A stretch of 36,449 bases of DNA from Bacteroidota bacterium (lineage in GTDB: Bacteria > Bacteroidota > Bacteroidia > SpSt-205), in the NCBI GenBank assembly GCA_032249525.1, contig JAVVHK010000001.1, positions 1 to 36,449 on the forward strand. Reading direction: 5' to 3'. The notes beneath the pieces are model-generated. The model saw nothing but the letters and a program-made list of their open reading frames with translations. It was not told where the DNA came from and searched no databases. Position 1 is the first letter of the stretch; each line of letters begins with the position of its first letter. The position numbers and the translations under genes are program-made. Shown here one piece after another: positions 36,167 to 36,449 of this stretch.

Positions 36167-36174
36167 CAAAGAAA
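36167..36174 (-). promoter_or_regulatory. Possible variant -7 box TTTCTTTG, 6 nt upstream of the GTG at 36160
   Basis: Minus strand reads ttttgTTTCTTTGtagaagGTG. It has one mismatch, at the A of TA. Confidence 0.35.
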
Positions 36175-36390
36175 CAAAATGCACACCATTCCGCGGGTGG
36201 ATTTAGAGATCAATGCGGGAGTTTAGGATTTTGGAAGGGGCTTCCAGAGGAAATAACCCAGAAAGGCTTTCCCGCCAATCCCTCCTCCTTTTGGGTAGGT
36301 AGCCGGAGAGGAGCCTGCCGCTGTAATACCATTCTTTTTGGGCGGCGGCTAGCGCCCTACGGAGGCTGGCGCCGCCTCCAATGTCCCTCT

Positions 36391-36449
36391 GCTTTGAGGC
36401 AAAGAGTTTCTGGATACGAGGGGGAGTTTTATGTGGCCGCCGGCCCCCC
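36391..36449. repeat. Right arm of the imperfect terminal inverted repeat (partner at 90..145), followed by a short G/C-rich tail
   Basis: See the left-arm entry. The tail reads ggccgccggcccccc. Confidence 0.6.

Noticed and set aside
36301-36320. agccggagaggagcctgccg resembles the cobalamin-riboswitch B12 box (AGYCMGGAGACCKGCC). This seemed relevant because icmF is B12-dependent.
   Set aside because: It carries a 3-4-nt insertion relative to the box. I cannot find the upstream conserved elements (GGGAA, GGTG.AA.TCC, GCCACTG) in the correct order. No downstream gene is visible in the window. An Rfam scan would settle the question.
1-36449. A linear replicon (phage or plasmid) with terminal inverted repeats and G/C hairpin telomeres.
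   Set aside because: The gene content is core chromosomal: rpsT, smpB, dut, panD, scpB and rng. There are no replication, partition, structural or telomere-resolvase genes. The repeat arms are imperfect, and the homopolymer blocks look like artefacts. A contig break at dispersed repeats is the simpler explanation.

Overview
The window looks like a whole contig, since both ends decay into G/C homopolymer junk. It appears to come from the core chromosome of a moderately GC-rich member of the Bacteroidota. The evidence for that placement is TAnnTTTG -7 promoter boxes, a T9SS-type C-terminal sorting domain, a DUF4476-like protein and a bS22-type mini-protein. I can support 31 protein-coding genes, packed into operons with 1-8 nt gaps or ATGA/GTGA overlaps. 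In order they are: scpB; gcdH; an M50 site-2 protease; an OmpA-family envelope protein; an operon of nucleotide-sugar dehydrogenase, DegT aminotransferase, Na+/solute symporter and family III CoA-transferase; fused isobutyryl-CoA mutase (IcmF); a GT2, methyltransferase and AsnB operon; a 31-aa bS22-type gene missing from the ORF track, followed by RNase G; rpsT; a POT transporter; a PQQ-like propeller; isoaspartyl peptidase; smpB; phhB; dut; a membrane-anchored patatin-like lipase; three exported proteins of unknown function; an orphan NuoM-like antiporter subunit; an AidB-like acyl-CoA dehydrogenase; a 1118-aa surface protein with three lamin-tail domains; panD; a UPF0104 membrane protein; and a DUF4476-like protein. 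I saw no rRNA, tRNA, CRISPR array, transposase, integrase or recognisable defence gene. I do not see a clear-cut new multi-gene system. The most unusual signals are these. (1) A Bacteroidetes -7 box lies 4-7 nt upstream of the start codon of all 17 operon-leading genes, which implies leaderless or near-leaderless mRNAs and corrects five ORF-track starts. (2) A tandem pair of ~65-nt repeats sits in a convergent intergenic region, and its core motif recurs in imperfect inverted copies at both contig termini. (3) An orphan, divergent NuoM-like gene follows an operon of three exported unknowns. (4) A patatin lipase fused to a polytopic domain is translationally coupled to dut. All functional calls come from motif recognition by eye and none has been checked against a database.
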